Shown: positions 39,227 through 49,209, counted from the stretch's first letter. The stretch is DNA of 64,000 nucleotides from an uncultured Chloroflexia bacterium (GCA_963819655.1 CAWFXA010000002.1:576001-640000), one strand, 5' to 3'. Notes: generated by a model not told the origin, from the letters alone. A program made the numbers and translations.

Positions 39227-39669
39227 AGGTCATCCTGACGACGGACGTCCCGACACTCGGCAAGAGCGGCGAGCTCAAGCAGGTCGCCGACGGGTATGCC
39301 ACGAACTTCCTGATCCCGCAGTCGCTCGCTGTGCCCGCGGCCGGCGGCGCCTATCGCGCGTGGCAGCACGACATCGCGAGCCGCGAGGACAAGCGCAAGC
39401 GCGAGCGCGAGGAGGCCGACATCGCCGCCACCCGCATCGCGTCGACGACCCTCACGATGGGCGTCAAGGTCGGCGAGGGCGGCAAGCTCTACGGATCGAT
39501 CACCTCGAAGGACATCGCCGACGCACTGGCACGGCGCGGCATCGACATCGACCGCCACAAGATCGACCTCGAGGAGCCGCTCAAGTCCCTCGGCACGTAC
39601 AAGGTCGCGATCAAGGTCCACGCGGGCATGACGCCCGAGGTCACGATCATCGTCGAGCCGAAGGGCTAG
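39223..39669 (+). CDS. rplI: 50S ribosomal protein L9
   Basis: MKVIL..DV..LGKSG....VADGYA.NFLIP, KLYGSIT; TTG start with AAGGAGG. Confidence 0.96.
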   Translation: MKVILTTDVPTLGKSGELKQVADGYATNFLIPQSLAVPAAGGAYRAWQHDIASREDKRKREREEADIAATRIASTTLTMGVKVGEGGKLYGSITSKDIADALARRGIDIDRHKIDLEEPLKSLGTYKVAIKVHAGMTPEVTIIVEPKG

Positions 39670-41711
39670 CGCGGGCCGCTCGCAGCCGAGCCGGCGAGGC
39701 GCCAGACACTGACGCCGTCGGCCGCATAGACCGTCTCGAACAGCGGGCTCGACGCGAAGTCGGTCGGCTCGCCGGGGCAGTCGAGCACGCCCCCGGACGA
39801 CAGCACGTACGTCGCGTCGTAGCGCGCCATGCGCTCAGCCGCGACCTCCGGTCCGTCGCAATAGATCGCCTCGATGTCGGCTGCGCGTGGCTCGGGGTCG
39901 TAGCCCAGGTTCGAGACGTACGGTCCGAAGGTCGTGATCCGCAGGCGCCCGCCGAGGTCGACCGGGTTGTTGATGAAGTCGTCGGTTGCGAAGATCGCGC
40001 GCGGCGGGGTGTTCTGTTCGATCCAGCGGCCGGCCGCGGCCTGAGCCTGACTCATCACCACCGCCGGATGGGTGGCGTGGTGGATGGCGATGAGCGCCGG
40101 TGAGATCGCGCAAGCCGCGATGACCGCCGCGACCAAAGGTCGTGGCCATCGGTCGATCAGCCAGGCGGCTGCGATCGCGACTGCGATCCACATGATCTGG
40201 AAGTACTTGTTCATGTCGAAGACGACCGCGCTGACCACGACGAGATTGGGGATGAGGAACAGTGCCAGCGTCCAGCTGGCGAGGAACCCGCGCGAAGGCA
40301 ACGCGTCGCGTCCGCGAGACCAGATGAAGGCCACGATCGCCAGGACGACCGGGATGCCGAGGTTGGTCAGGTAGAAGAACGCGACAGCTCCCGGGCCGTC
40401 GACGATGCGCGCCTCGCCCCAGCCCTGGACGATCCGGAACGAGCCCTCGGCGCTTTGGCGCAGAGCGGCCGGGAGCACGTAGGGAAGTGCCAGCACGACC
40501 GGCCCGAGGAAAAGTGCCGTATCCCTGAGGATTGTCCTCTCGCGCCAGCGACCGGTCGTCAGAACGAACAGTCCGGCTATCAGGTAGGTCGCGGGGAACG
40601 CGTAGAAATGGAACGGTGCCAGCAATGCCGCCAGGAGTCCGGCCACCAGCACGCCGGCGGGCCGCCGTCCCCAGCAGGTGACGACGAGCAGGATGACCGC
40701 GACCAGCCCCGGCAGGCCGAACGTGGTTGCGCGGTGCGGCAGGAACCCGGTCCCGAACACCGACGCGATCCGAAAGAACGGCCAGCTGTCGGCCCACGAG
40801 TTGTCGTAGGGACGCTCGACGACGAGCGCGCTGATCGACGGTGCCCCGGCGAGGACGTCGCCGATGAGGCGCAGCCAGCCCATGCCGCCGCCGGCACAGA
40901 CCAGCAGCGTCGCGATCGTGGCCACGCTCCGCCGGCCCGTGAGGCGCTCGGCAAGCCCCCACACGACGAGGGCGAGGACGCCGGCCATGAGCGCACTCGA
41001 CACGAAGAACACCGGGATGATCGGCAGATCCGCCGCCACTGCGGCGATCGCGCCGTGGAAGTCGGCGAACCAGTGGTAGCTCAGCGGCTCGCCGGCGAAA
41101 TACGGCACGACAGGCGGGAAGTTGCCGTGCACGATGCTGTTGCCGATCGCGACATGGACCAGCAGGTCGCTCCAGTTCCAGCCACCGGACACGAAGCCGT
41201 CCTTCGTCTCGCGCCAGCCATTCACCCCGAGGATCAGCAGGACGACGAGAGCGACCCCCGCCGCGATGATCCAGGCGGGCGCGTCGGCCCTCAGCGCCCG
41301 ACCGATGCTCCGCGGGAGCGCGGCGAGCGGTGGCAGTGTCACGGGCGTCAGCGATGGCTCCCGCATCCGGGCGATGACCACCGTCGCCATCGCGAGCAGG
41401 GCCACGGCGACCAGGACGGCGACCCGCCCGAAACCATCGAGGTCGGCGACGAACCTGACCGTGTGCGCCGACAGGTACACACTCGTGACGACGGCCACGC
41501 CGGCGGCGCCGGGTGGCGGGAGATCCGGGGCGACGCGCCGGACGATGACCCAGCCCGGGACGGCGAACAGCCACGGCCACACGGCCACGACCGCGAGGGC
41601 CGGCACGAACCACGCCAGGAGAAGCGAGCCGGCGAGCCCGAGGAGGATGACGGTGACGGTCGTCGGCGGCAGGGGATCGACCCCGAACCGGTCGTCGGCG
41701 GGAGGCTGCAC
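39666..41711 (-). CDS. Large polytopic membrane protein, GT-C-like
   Basis: WSDLLVH, GNFPP..PYFAGEPLSYHW, many TM helices; the ORF-track extension to 42479 is antisense to dinB. Confidence 0.7.
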   Translation of the reverse strand: MQPPADDRFGVDPLPPTTVTVILLGLAGSLLLAWFVPALAVVAVWPWLFAVPGWVIVRRVAPDLPPPGAAGVAVVTSVYLSAHTVRFVADLDGFGRVAVLVAVALLAMATVVIARMREPSLTPVTLPPLAALPRSIGRALRADAPAWIIAAGVALVVLLILGVNGWRETKDGFVSGGWNWSDLLVHVAIGNSIVHGNFPPVVPYFAGEPLSYHWFADFHGAIAAVAADLPIIPVFFVSSALMAGVLALVVWGLAERLTGRRSVATIATLLVCAGGGMGWLRLIGDVLAGAPSISALVVERPYDNSWADSWPFFRIASVFGTGFLPHRATTFGLPGLVAVILLVVTCWGRRPAGVLVAGLLAALLAPFHFYAFPATYLIAGLFVLTTGRWRERTILRDTALFLGPVVLALPYVLPAALRQSAEGSFRIVQGWGEARIVDGPGAVAFFYLTNLGIPVVLAIVAFIWSRGRDALPSRGFLASWTLALFLIPNLVVVSAVVFDMNKYFQIMWIAVAIAAAWLIDRWPRPLVAAVIAACAISPALIAIHHATHPAVVMSQAQAAAGRWIEQNTPPRAIFATDDFINNPVDLGGRLRITTFGPYVSNLGYDPEPRAADIEAIYCDGPEVAAERMARYDATYVLSSGGVLDCPGEPTDFASSPLFETVYAADGVSVWRLAGSAASGPR

Positions 41712-41732
41712 TGAGGGCGGATGATACCGACC

Positions 41733-43043
41733 GTGACCGAGCGGACGATCCTCCACGTCGACCTGGATGCTTTCTTCGCAGCGGTCGAGCAACGCGACCG
41801 GCCGGAGCTGCGCGGCAAGCCGGTGATCGTGGGCGGCGTCCCGCCGGGTCGCGGGGTCGTCTCTGCGGCGAGCTACGAGGCGCGTGTCTTCGGCGTCCAC
41901 TCCGCGATGTCGTTGACGGAGGCCGTTCGTCGCTGCCCCGACGGCGTCTTCCTGCCGGTCGACGGACGGCGGTACCAGCAGGCGTCGCGCGATGTGATGG
42001 CGATCCTTCGGCGATTCACGCCGCAGGTCGAGCCGATCTCGATCGACGAGGCGTTCCTGGACGTCACGGGGTCGCGGCCGCTGTTCGGCGAGGGACCGCA
42101 GATCGCGGCGATGATCAAGGCTGCCGTCCGCGACGACGTCGGGTTGACCGCGTCCGTCGGTGTCGCGACGACAAAGCTCGTCGCGAAGATCGCGTCGGAC
42201 TTGCGCAAGCCAGACGGGCTCGTCGTCGTGGCGCCTGGTGACGAGGCGACCTTCCTCGCACCGCTTCCGATCTGGCGGCTCTGGGGCGTCGGCGAGAAGA
42301 CGGCTGCGGTGCTCGCCGAGTACGGCGTGCAGACGATCGGTGACCTCGCCGCGCTCCCGCCCGACCAGCTGACGCGGCGGTTCGGCAAACACGGCGGGTC
42401 GCTGGCGCTGCGGGCGCAGGGCCTCGACGACGACCAGGTCCACGAGGGAGACCCGGCGAAGTCGGTCGGCCACGAGCACACGTTCGATACCGACACCCTG
42501 GACGCGGAGACGATCGAGCGAACGCTGCTCGCCATGAGCGAGGGTGTCGCCGGGCGACTGCGCTCGGCCGGCGTTCGGGCATCGACGATCGCCGTCAAGG
42601 TGCGCGACTCGTCGTTCCGGACCATCACGCGGCAGCGGACGCTGCGCGAGCCGACCGACCTGACCGAGCCGATCTACCGGGCGGCCCTCGAGCTCGCGCG
42701 CCCGGAGGTACGCGGGATCCGCATCCGGCTCCTCGGCGTGACCGCGTCGAACCTCGGCGAGCGCGAGCAGCTGGCGATGTTCGCGGACGAGGATCCGCGG
42801 CGGCGGAAGGCGATCGAGGCCACCGACACGCTGCGGCGCCGGTACGGCTCCGGGGTCGTGACGCGTGGTCGACTTGTCGGGTCGGGCCTGCCGGCCCCGT
42901 TCGAACGCGACCCGCGCAACCCCCTCGACCGCCGTGCGCGGGGCGTCCCGACGGACCCGGACGAGCCGGATCCGGACGCTCCGGGGGCTCGTGACAGCCT
43001 AGCTGACACGGATATCGACGACATTCCTCCCGACGACGCTTGA
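41733..43043 (+). CDS. dinB: DNA polymerase IV
   Basis: ILHVDLDAFFAAVE, AASYEAR, SIDEAFLD, AKIASD..KPDG, KSVGHEHTF. Confidence 0.95.
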   Translation: MTERTILHVDLDAFFAAVEQRDRPELRGKPVIVGGVPPGRGVVSAASYEARVFGVHSAMSLTEAVRRCPDGVFLPVDGRRYQQASRDVMAILRRFTPQVEPISIDEAFLDVTGSRPLFGEGPQIAAMIKAAVRDDVGLTASVGVATTKLVAKIASDLRKPDGLVVVAPGDEATFLAPLPIWRLWGVGEKTAAVLAEYGVQTIGDLAALPPDQLTRRFGKHGGSLALRAQGLDDDQVHEGDPAKSVGHEHTFDTDTLDAETIERTLLAMSEGVAGRLRSAGVRASTIAVKVRDSSFRTITRQRTLREPTDLTEPIYRAALELARPEVRGIRIRLLGVTASNLGEREQLAMFADEDPRRRKAIEATDTLRRRYGSGVVTRGRLVGSGLPAPFERDPRNPLDRRARGVPTDPDEPDPDAPGARDSLADTDIDDIPPDDA

Positions 43044-43090
43044 CATCGAACGCCTGTTCGGTCTAGTGTCGTGACATCGAACAGATGTTC
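43040..43090 (+). promoter_or_regulatory. Promoter (TTGACA..TAGTGT) with two SOS boxes, GAACgcctGTTC (43048-43059) and GAACagatGTTC (43079-43090)
   Basis: Begins TTGACATCGAACG exactly as the lexA promoter does. Confidence 0.8.
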
Positions 43091-43244
43091 TGTCGGCCGA
43101 GTGCCCAGGTCGACGGCTTACAGACCATCCACTCGGTGCCATCTGGGTGGTCGATGCCAAGGCGGGAACGGGCCGGATCTGCCGGTCTGGGGGACCCGCC
43201 GGCATCGACCGAACCAGGCATCGGGACACGACAAGGAGCCAGAC

Positions 43245-43511
43245 ATGGCATTCATCCGTGTAGAGCCGGTCCCGGTCCACGTCCGCACCGATTGGTTCAG
43301 CGGCCGCCCGCGTGAGATCACGTGGGGCACCGAGCGACTCCCGATCACCCAGCTCTCCGCCATCCGCGAAGAGGCGGCGGCATACCCGGTCATCACCGGC
43401 CCGCGAACGCTGTTCGAGGTACAGACGCCTCGGGCCCGACTGGCTCTCACCTACCAGCACCGTTCGAAGCGCTGGACGGTGACGGCCCTGGACGAGGCAC
43501 GCGCCGCGTAA
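43245..43511 (+). CDS. Small DUF6504 / ImuB C-terminal-like protein
   Basis: GRPREITW...R..FEV......L.......RWTV pattern; AAGGAG RBS; downstream of SOS boxes. Confidence 0.6.
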   Translation: MAFIRVEPVPVHVRTDWFSGRPREITWGTERLPITQLSAIREEAAAYPVITGPRTLFEVQTPRARLALTYQHRSKRWTVTALDEARAA

Positions 43512-43698
43512 CCCGATCCTTCGAGCCGGCGGCGGAACCCTCCCCCGACTGCCGGCAGCCACGTCGGTAGGGGCGGAGGCGCCGGTACCGCCTCCGCCCC
43601 CTCGACGCCGCCCGCTGGATCCGCCGATGCCGGCGTTGTCGGCTGCGCCGCCACCGAGCGGCGCGCGAAGGTTGCAGGCGGCAACCTACAATCGCGCG

Positions 43699-44376
43699 GT
43701 GCATCCCACCGAACCTGCGGGTCGCTTTCGCGACCTGTCCCTCGATGACTTCACGGAGCGTCTCGCGTCGGCGGAGCCGGTCCCTGGCGGGGGCAGTGCG
43801 TCGGCCGTCGCCGCGGCCCTCGGGGCGAGCCTCGTGGCGATGGTAGGCTCGCTGACGTCCGGCAAGCCCAAGTACGCCGAACACGAGCCGATGTTGGCCT
43901 GGGCGATCGAAACCGGACGTCGCCTGTCGGACCTCTTCCTGACCCTGGCCGATGACGACGCCGTCGCGTTTGCCCGGTTTTCGGCGGCCATGAAGATGCC
44001 ACGCGACACCCCGGACGAGATCGCTGCGCGGACTGCCGCCATGCAGGCTGCCGCACGACGCGCCTCGGAGGTGCCGCTCACCTGCGTCGAGGCGTGTCTC
44101 GAGCTTCTCGGCGTGGCCGAGGCCCTGGCCGGGCGCAGCAATCCGAACGCGGCGAGCGATGTCGACGTGGCCGCGCTGCTGGGTGAAGCGGCTGCCAGAG
44201 GGGCCGCGGCGAACGTGCTGATCAACCTGCCGTCGACCGGGGACCCGGAGTTCCAGGGGACGATGATGGATCGGGTCGCCGAGCTCCTCGGGGCCATCGA
44301 CGATCTCGCGTCGCAGACCCACCAGGCCGTTGCGAGCGAACCCCGCGATCCGCTCGAGCGGGCCGGACCCGCGTGA
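43699..44376 (+). CDS. fchA: Formiminotetrahydrofolate cyclodeaminase / cyclohydrolase family
   Basis: LASAEPVPGGGSASA, DDDAVAF, GRSNPNAASD, NVLINL. Confidence 0.85.
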   Translation: MHPTEPAGRFRDLSLDDFTERLASAEPVPGGGSASAVAAALGASLVAMVGSLTSGKPKYAEHEPMLAWAIETGRRLSDLFLTLADDDAVAFARFSAAMKMPRDTPDEIAARTAAMQAAARRASEVPLTCVEACLELLGVAEALAGRSNPNAASDVDVAALLGEAAARGAAANVLINLPSTGDPEFQGTMMDRVAELLGAIDDLASQTHQAVASEPRDPLERAGPA

Positions 44377-45269
44377 TCGACGCCTCGACGGGCACCGCGC
44401 GACTGCTCGAGGGCGGCCCGATCGCCGCCGAGATCCGCGCCGCCGTCGCCGAGGACGTCGTCTCGTTCACGGCGCAACAGGGTCGGCCGCCGGGACTGGC
44501 GGTCGTGATCATCGGGCGCGACGCGCCATCGACCGTCTACCTGGAACAGATCCTTCGCGGCTGCGCCAAGGTCGGCATCGACGCCCGTTTCGTCGAGCTC
44601 GAGGGGGAAGCGACGGAGGCGTCGGTCGTGGAGGTCATCCGCACCGTCAACGCCGATCCGACGGTCGATGGCGTGATCGTCCAGATGCCGCTGCCGCCGA
44701 CGATCCGACTCCGCGCTGTCATCGACGCGATCGACCCCGACAAGGACATCGACGGCATCCATCCGCTCAACGCCGGCCTGCTCCGGCTCGGCTACGACGG
44801 CTTCCTGCCGGCCACGGCGCACGCCGCGGTCGAGATCCTGCGCCGCACGGGGATCGAGATCGCCGGCAAGGACGCGCTCGTCATCGGTCGCTCCGCCGTC
44901 GTCGGGATGCCGGTGGCCTTCCTGCTCGTCAAGGAGGACGCGACCGTCACGGTGAGCCACACGCGCACGCGAGATCTCCCGGGACACGTTCGCCGCGCGG
45001 ACATCGTCGTCGTCGCGGCCGGACATCCGGGTCTCGTCGAAGGGCCGATGCTCAAACCCGGTGCGGTCGTCGTCGACGTGGGGATCAACGTGGTCGATGG
45101 CCACATCCGCGGCGACGTCGATTTCGAGGGCGCGCGGCAGGTGGCGTCGGCCATCACGCCGGTGCCCGGCGGCGTCGGCCCGCTGACGAACGCGCTCCTG
45201 CTGACCCACCTCATCCGCGCGGCCGAACGCCAGGCCGCTGCGCGTCGATCGACCTTGGAGGATCGATGA
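44373..45269 (+). CDS. folD: Methylene-THF dehydrogenase/cyclohydrolase
   Basis: DGVIVQMPLP, KDIDG, GRSAVVG.P, DVGIN, ITPVPGGVGP. Confidence 0.93.
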   Translation: MIDASTGTARLLEGGPIAAEIRAAVAEDVVSFTAQQGRPPGLAVVIIGRDAPSTVYLEQILRGCAKVGIDARFVELEGEATEASVVEVIRTVNADPTVDGVIVQMPLPPTIRLRAVIDAIDPDKDIDGIHPLNAGLLRLGYDGFLPATAHAAVEILRRTGIEIAGKDALVIGRSAVVGMPVAFLLVKEDATVTVSHTRTRDLPGHVRRADIVVVAAGHPGLVEGPMLKPGAVVVDVGINVVDGHIRGDVDFEGARQVASAITPVPGGVGPLTNALLLTHLIRAAERQAAARRSTLEDR

Positions 45270-46972
45270 GCTTCCCGTCCGACCTGGCTATCGCCCGGTC
45301 CGTCACGCCGCGGCCGATCGTCGACATCGCCGCGGAACTGGGCATCCGCCCCGACGAGCTCGAGCTGTACGGGCCGACGAAGGCCAAGGTGACGCTCGAG
45401 GCCATCACGCGGCTGGAGGCGGAACGGCCGCGGGGCAAGTACGTGGTCGTGACGGCCATCACGCCGACGCCCCTCGGCGAGGGGAAGTCAACCACCACGG
45501 TCGGGCTCGCGCAAGGCCTCAACAGGATCGGCCGCAGGGCGTCGGTCAACATCCGCCAGCCGTCGCTCGGGCCGGTCTTCGGGATCAAGGGCGGGGCAGC
45601 CGGTGGGGGCTACAGCCAGGTCATCCCGATGGAGGACTTCAACCTCCACCTGACTGGTGACGTCCACGCGATCGGGGCGGCGCACAACCTGGGCGCCGCG
45701 TTCATCGATAACAGCCTCCACCACAAGAACCCGCTCGGCATCGACCCGCACGGGATCCTGTGGCCGCGCGTCGTCGACATCAGCGATCGCGCGCTCCGGC
45801 ATGTCGTGATCGGCCTCGGCGGTCGCGAGGACGGCGTCCCCCGCGAGACCGAGTTCGTCATTACGGTCGCGTCGGAAGTGATGGCCGTCCTCGCACTCGC
45901 GACCGACCTGTTCGACCTGCGCACCCGACTCGGGCGGATGGTGCTCGCGACACGCATGGACGGCTCGCCGGTCACCGCCGAGGACCTGGGCGTGGCCGGC
46001 TCGATGACGGTCCTCCTGCGCGATGCGATCAAGCCGAACCTCCTCCAGACTCTGGAGGGCGGACCGGCGTTCGTCCACTGCGGCCCGTTCGGCAACATCG
46101 CCCACGGCAACAACTCGATCATCGCCGACCGGCTCGCCCTCGTGACCAACGACATCGTCTGCACCGAGGCGGGCTTCGGGTCGGACATGGGTGCCGAGAA
46201 GTTCTTCGACATCAAGTGCCGGGCGTCCGGGCTCGCCCCCGACGCGGCCGTGGTGGTCGCCACGGTCCGGGCGCTCAAGATGCACGGTGGCGTCGGCAAG
46301 ATCGTGGCCGGCAAGCCGCTCGACCCGGCCCTGCTCGAGGAGAACGTCGAGGCGGTGCGGACCGGGTCGTCGAACCTGGCCGCGCACATCGGGATCGTCC
46401 GGAGGTTCGGCATCCCGGCGGTCGTGGCGATCAACGCATTCCCCACCGACACGCCGGCCGAGGTCGAGGCGATCAGGGAGGTGGCACTCGCCGCCGGCGC
46501 CCGGGACGCGGTGGTCGCCACCCATTTCGCCGATGGCGGTGCCGGCGCGACCGATCTCGCCGAGGCGGTCTGGGCGGCGACCGAAGACCCCTCGCGCGCG
46601 TTCCGGTTGCTCTATCCCGACGAGGCGCCGCTCGGCGAAAAGATCCTGACCATCGTCAAGGAGATCTACGGCGGCAACGGCATCGAGCTCACACCGGCCG
46701 CCCAGAAGTCGCTGAAGCTCTACGAATCGATGGGCTTCGGCCACCTCCCGATATGCATGGCCAAGACCCAGTATTCGATCAGCCACGACGCGGCGTTGAA
46801 GGGCGCGCCGTCCGGCTTCACGGTGCCGATTCGCGAGATCCGGCTGTCGGCCGGCGCCGGCTTCGTGACGCCCCTGTGCGGCGAGATGCGCACGATGCCG
46901 GGTCTGCCGTCCAGGCCGGGCGGCGAGAAGATCGATATCGACGCGGACGGGAACGTCGTCGGGCTGTTCTAG
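45266..46972 (+). CDS. fhs: Formate--tetrahydrofolate ligase
   Basis: TAITPTPLGEGKSTT, GIKGGAAGGGYSQ, GPFGNIAHG, TEAGFG, CMAKTQYS, TMPGL. Confidence 0.96.
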   Translation: MSFPSDLAIARSVTPRPIVDIAAELGIRPDELELYGPTKAKVTLEAITRLEAERPRGKYVVVTAITPTPLGEGKSTTTVGLAQGLNRIGRRASVNIRQPSLGPVFGIKGGAAGGGYSQVIPMEDFNLHLTGDVHAIGAAHNLGAAFIDNSLHHKNPLGIDPHGILWPRVVDISDRALRHVVIGLGGREDGVPRETEFVITVASEVMAVLALATDLFDLRTRLGRMVLATRMDGSPVTAEDLGVAGSMTVLLRDAIKPNLLQTLEGGPAFVHCGPFGNIAHGNNSIIADRLALVTNDIVCTEAGFGSDMGAEKFFDIKCRASGLAPDAAVVVATVRALKMHGGVGKIVAGKPLDPALLEENVEAVRTGSSNLAAHIGIVRRFGIPAVVAINAFPTDTPAEVEAIREVALAAGARDAVVATHFADGGAGATDLAEAVWAATEDPSRAFRLLYPDEAPLGEKILTIVKEIYGGNGIELTPAAQKSLKLYESMGFGHLPICMAKTQYSISHDAALKGAPSGFTVPIREIRLSAGAGFVTPLCGEMRTMPGLPSRPGGEKIDIDADGNVVGLF

Positions 46973-47607
46973 TCCTTGCGGGCGCGCGTCCGTCGCAGCA
47001 CGCCGACGACCCCGATGACCAGGCCGATGCCGAAGATCGCGAGCGCGAACGGGGCCACGGCCTCGATCATCGAGGCGGGAGCCGCCGGAGCGGCGGACGG
47101 ACTCGGCGCAGACGAAGGCGCCGCCGGCGGGCTGGGTGCACTCGGGGGGTCGGTCGCACTCGGCTGCACGCCGCCGAAGGTCTGGTTCGCCTCCGCCAGC
47201 ATCGCCTGGCCCTCCTGGGTCGCGAGTGATGCGTGCGGGCTGCACAACCCGACGGAGTACATGTCCTCCGCGCGGTACGCGATGAAGATGTACTCGGCCC
47301 CGACGGGCAGCGGTGGGACCGAGCAATCGGCTCCCCCGCCGACGAGACTGAACCCGCCCGGATGCAGCCACACCCGCGGCTCGATGATCCCTCCGCCCTT
47401 GAACCACCGGGTGACGGTGACGGGGTACCCGCGTCCGTCGCGCGGATCGACGATGCCGGTAAAGACCACTGCATCGGGCTGGGCCGCGGAATCCGCCATC
47501 GAGATCATCGCGCACGAGCACGCGACAGCCGCCCGTGGCATAGCCAGACCCGCGAGTGCCAGCCCGACCACGAAAAGGAGCAGCGTGGCGGGATTCGGTC
47601 GACGCAT
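46969..47607 (-). CDS. Secreted, C-terminally anchored protein with TIMP/NTR-like domain
   Basis: Signal peptide ending AVA-CSC, VFTG.V, two further Cys, Ser/Pro linker, C-terminal TM helix and basic tail. Confidence 0.6.
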   Translation of the reverse strand: MRRPNPATLLLFVVGLALAGLAMPRAAVACSCAMISMADSAAQPDAVVFTGIVDPRDGRGYPVTVTRWFKGGGIIEPRVWLHPGGFSLVGGGADCSVPPLPVGAEYIFIAYRAEDMYSVGLCSPHASLATQEGQAMLAEANQTFGGVQPSATDPPSAPSPPAAPSSAPSPSAAPAAPASMIEAVAPFALAIFGIGLVIGVVGVLRRTRARKD

Positions 47608-47651
47608 ACCCGGATGACGCCGGGGCTCGCGAGGAAGTTGCGCGGCGGCCC

Positions 47652-47804
47652 TCAGATCGTCGTCCGAGTTGCCAGGGCGAACGCCCACGCTACCGCGAGG
47701 CCGAGCACGACCCCGAGTGCTCCCGCGCCCCAGGCATACACGTCGATCGGGCCGAGCGGGTCGGTGTCGTCGTGGGCGTGGTCATCGTGGCTGTCGGTCG
47801 TCAT
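47652..47804 (-). CDS. 50-aa His/Asp-rich single-TM small protein (not in ORF track)
   Basis: MTTDSHDDHAHDDTDPLGPIDVYAWGAGALGVVLGLAVAWAFALATRTTI read by hand; fills the intergenic gap; GC-rich third positions. Confidence 0.6.
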   Translation of the reverse strand: MTTDSHDDHAHDDTDPLGPIDVYAWGAGALGVVLGLAVAWAFALATRTTI

Positions 47805-47863
47805 CTCCCGCGCATTGTCGCAGACACCCTAAGGGCCCTGGGGCTCAGTAGACTCCGGCGGTC

Positions 47864-49156
47864 ATGACCGATCCAAACGCCACGGGCGGATCCCGGGTGG
47901 ACCCGTCGCTTCTCGCCAGCCTGCGCGATCTCGGACCCGACGGTCGGATCCTGTTCACGCTCCGGACCATGCGGATGTTCGGGTACGGCTTTCTGGCCGT
48001 CGTTCTCGTCCTGTATCTGGCCGCAGCAGGCCTCGAGCCGCTGGCGGTCGGGGCGGTCCTGACCCTGACACTGCTGGGCGACACGGTCGTCTCGCTGTGG
48101 CTCACGACCCACGCCGACAGGCTCGGGCGCCGACGCGTGCTGATCATCAGCTCCCTGCTGGTCGTCGTCGCCGGCGTGGTGTTCGCCGCGACCGACTGGC
48201 TGCCGCTGCTCATCCTCGCGGGCGTCATCGGGGTCATCTCGCCCACCGGCAACGAGGTCGGGCCATTCCTCGCCGTCGAGCAGTCCGCACTCAGCGAGGT
48301 GGTGTCGGGCAGGCGTCGGACCGCGGTCTTCGCCTGGTACAACCTCGTCGGCTATATCGCGACCGCGACCGGTGCGCTCGGGGCCGGACTGCTCGGCCAG
48401 ATGCTCATCGAGGCAGGCTTGCCCGAGCTCGATGCGTATCGCGCCGTCGTCGTGGCCTATGCGGGTATCGGACTGGCGATGGCCGCCGTCGCCTCGCGCC
48501 TCGGGCCCGGGATCGAGGTACCAAGGTCCGCGGCCGCGGCGGATGACGGCATCACCCGGCGCCTGGGTCTCGGTCGTTCGAGGTCGGTCGTGCTGCGGCT
48601 TTCCGCGTTGTTCTCGATCGACGCGTTCGCGGGCGGCTTCATCCCGCAGAGCCTGATGGCGTACTGGTTCAGCCTGACGTTCGGCGTCGGCCCGGCCGAG
48701 CTGGGAGCGATCTTCTTCGCGGCCAATCTCCTGGCCGCCGTCTCGTCGCTGTCGGCTGCCCGGATCGCGGCACGGATCGGCCTGATCCGGACGATGGTCT
48801 TCACGCACTTGCCGTCGAACGTGCTGCTGATGCTCGTCCCGCTCATGCCGACGCTCCCGCTCGCGGTCGCGGTCCTGCTGCTCCGTTTCAGCCTGAGCCA
48901 GATGGACGTCCCGACCCGGCAGTCGTACGTGATGGCGGTGGTCGACCCGGACGAGCGGTCCGCGGCCGCCGGCGTGACGGGCATCGCGCGAACGGTCGGT
49001 GCGTCGATCTCGCCGTCGATCTCGAGTGTCCTCGTCGCCAGCGCGGGGACTGCTGCGCTCCCGTTCTACCTGGCCGGCGGCCTGAAGATCCTGTACGACC
49101 TGCTGATCTACCGCGACTTCCGCGCCGTGCGACCGAAGGAGGAGGTGGGCGGCTAG
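47864..49156 (+). CDS. MFS transporter
   Basis: About 12 TM helices; ADRLGRRRVL motif A, MDVPTRQSY. Confidence 0.9.
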   Translation: MTDPNATGGSRVDPSLLASLRDLGPDGRILFTLRTMRMFGYGFLAVVLVLYLAAAGLEPLAVGAVLTLTLLGDTVVSLWLTTHADRLGRRRVLIISSLLVVVAGVVFAATDWLPLLILAGVIGVISPTGNEVGPFLAVEQSALSEVVSGRRRTAVFAWYNLVGYIATATGALGAGLLGQMLIEAGLPELDAYRAVVVAYAGIGLAMAAVASRLGPGIEVPRSAAAADDGITRRLGLGRSRSVVLRLSALFSIDAFAGGFIPQSLMAYWFSLTFGVGPAELGAIFFAANLLAAVSSLSAARIAARIGLIRTMVFTHLPSNVLLMLVPLMPTLPLAVAVLLLRFSLSQMDVPTRQSYVMAVVDPDERSAAAGVTGIARTVGASISPSISSVLVASAGTAALPFYLAGGLKILYDLLIYRDFRAVRPKEEVGG

Positions 49157-49209
49157 GCGCTCGCTGGGCGGCTACGTGCCTTGCCGGGCGGCTAGGTGCT
49201 CGGCGGGCG

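Noticed and set aside
43572-43598. GGCGGAGGCG/CGCCTCCGCC hairpin as an ncRNA
   Set aside because: A single GC hairpin after a stop codon with no U-tract; at most a generic terminator or stabiliser
41712-45265. N-terminal extensions of the 937-aa (39666..42479) and 880-aa (44330..46972) ORFs
   Set aside because: They are antisense to dinB or off-frame to folD, a stop-poor high-GC effect
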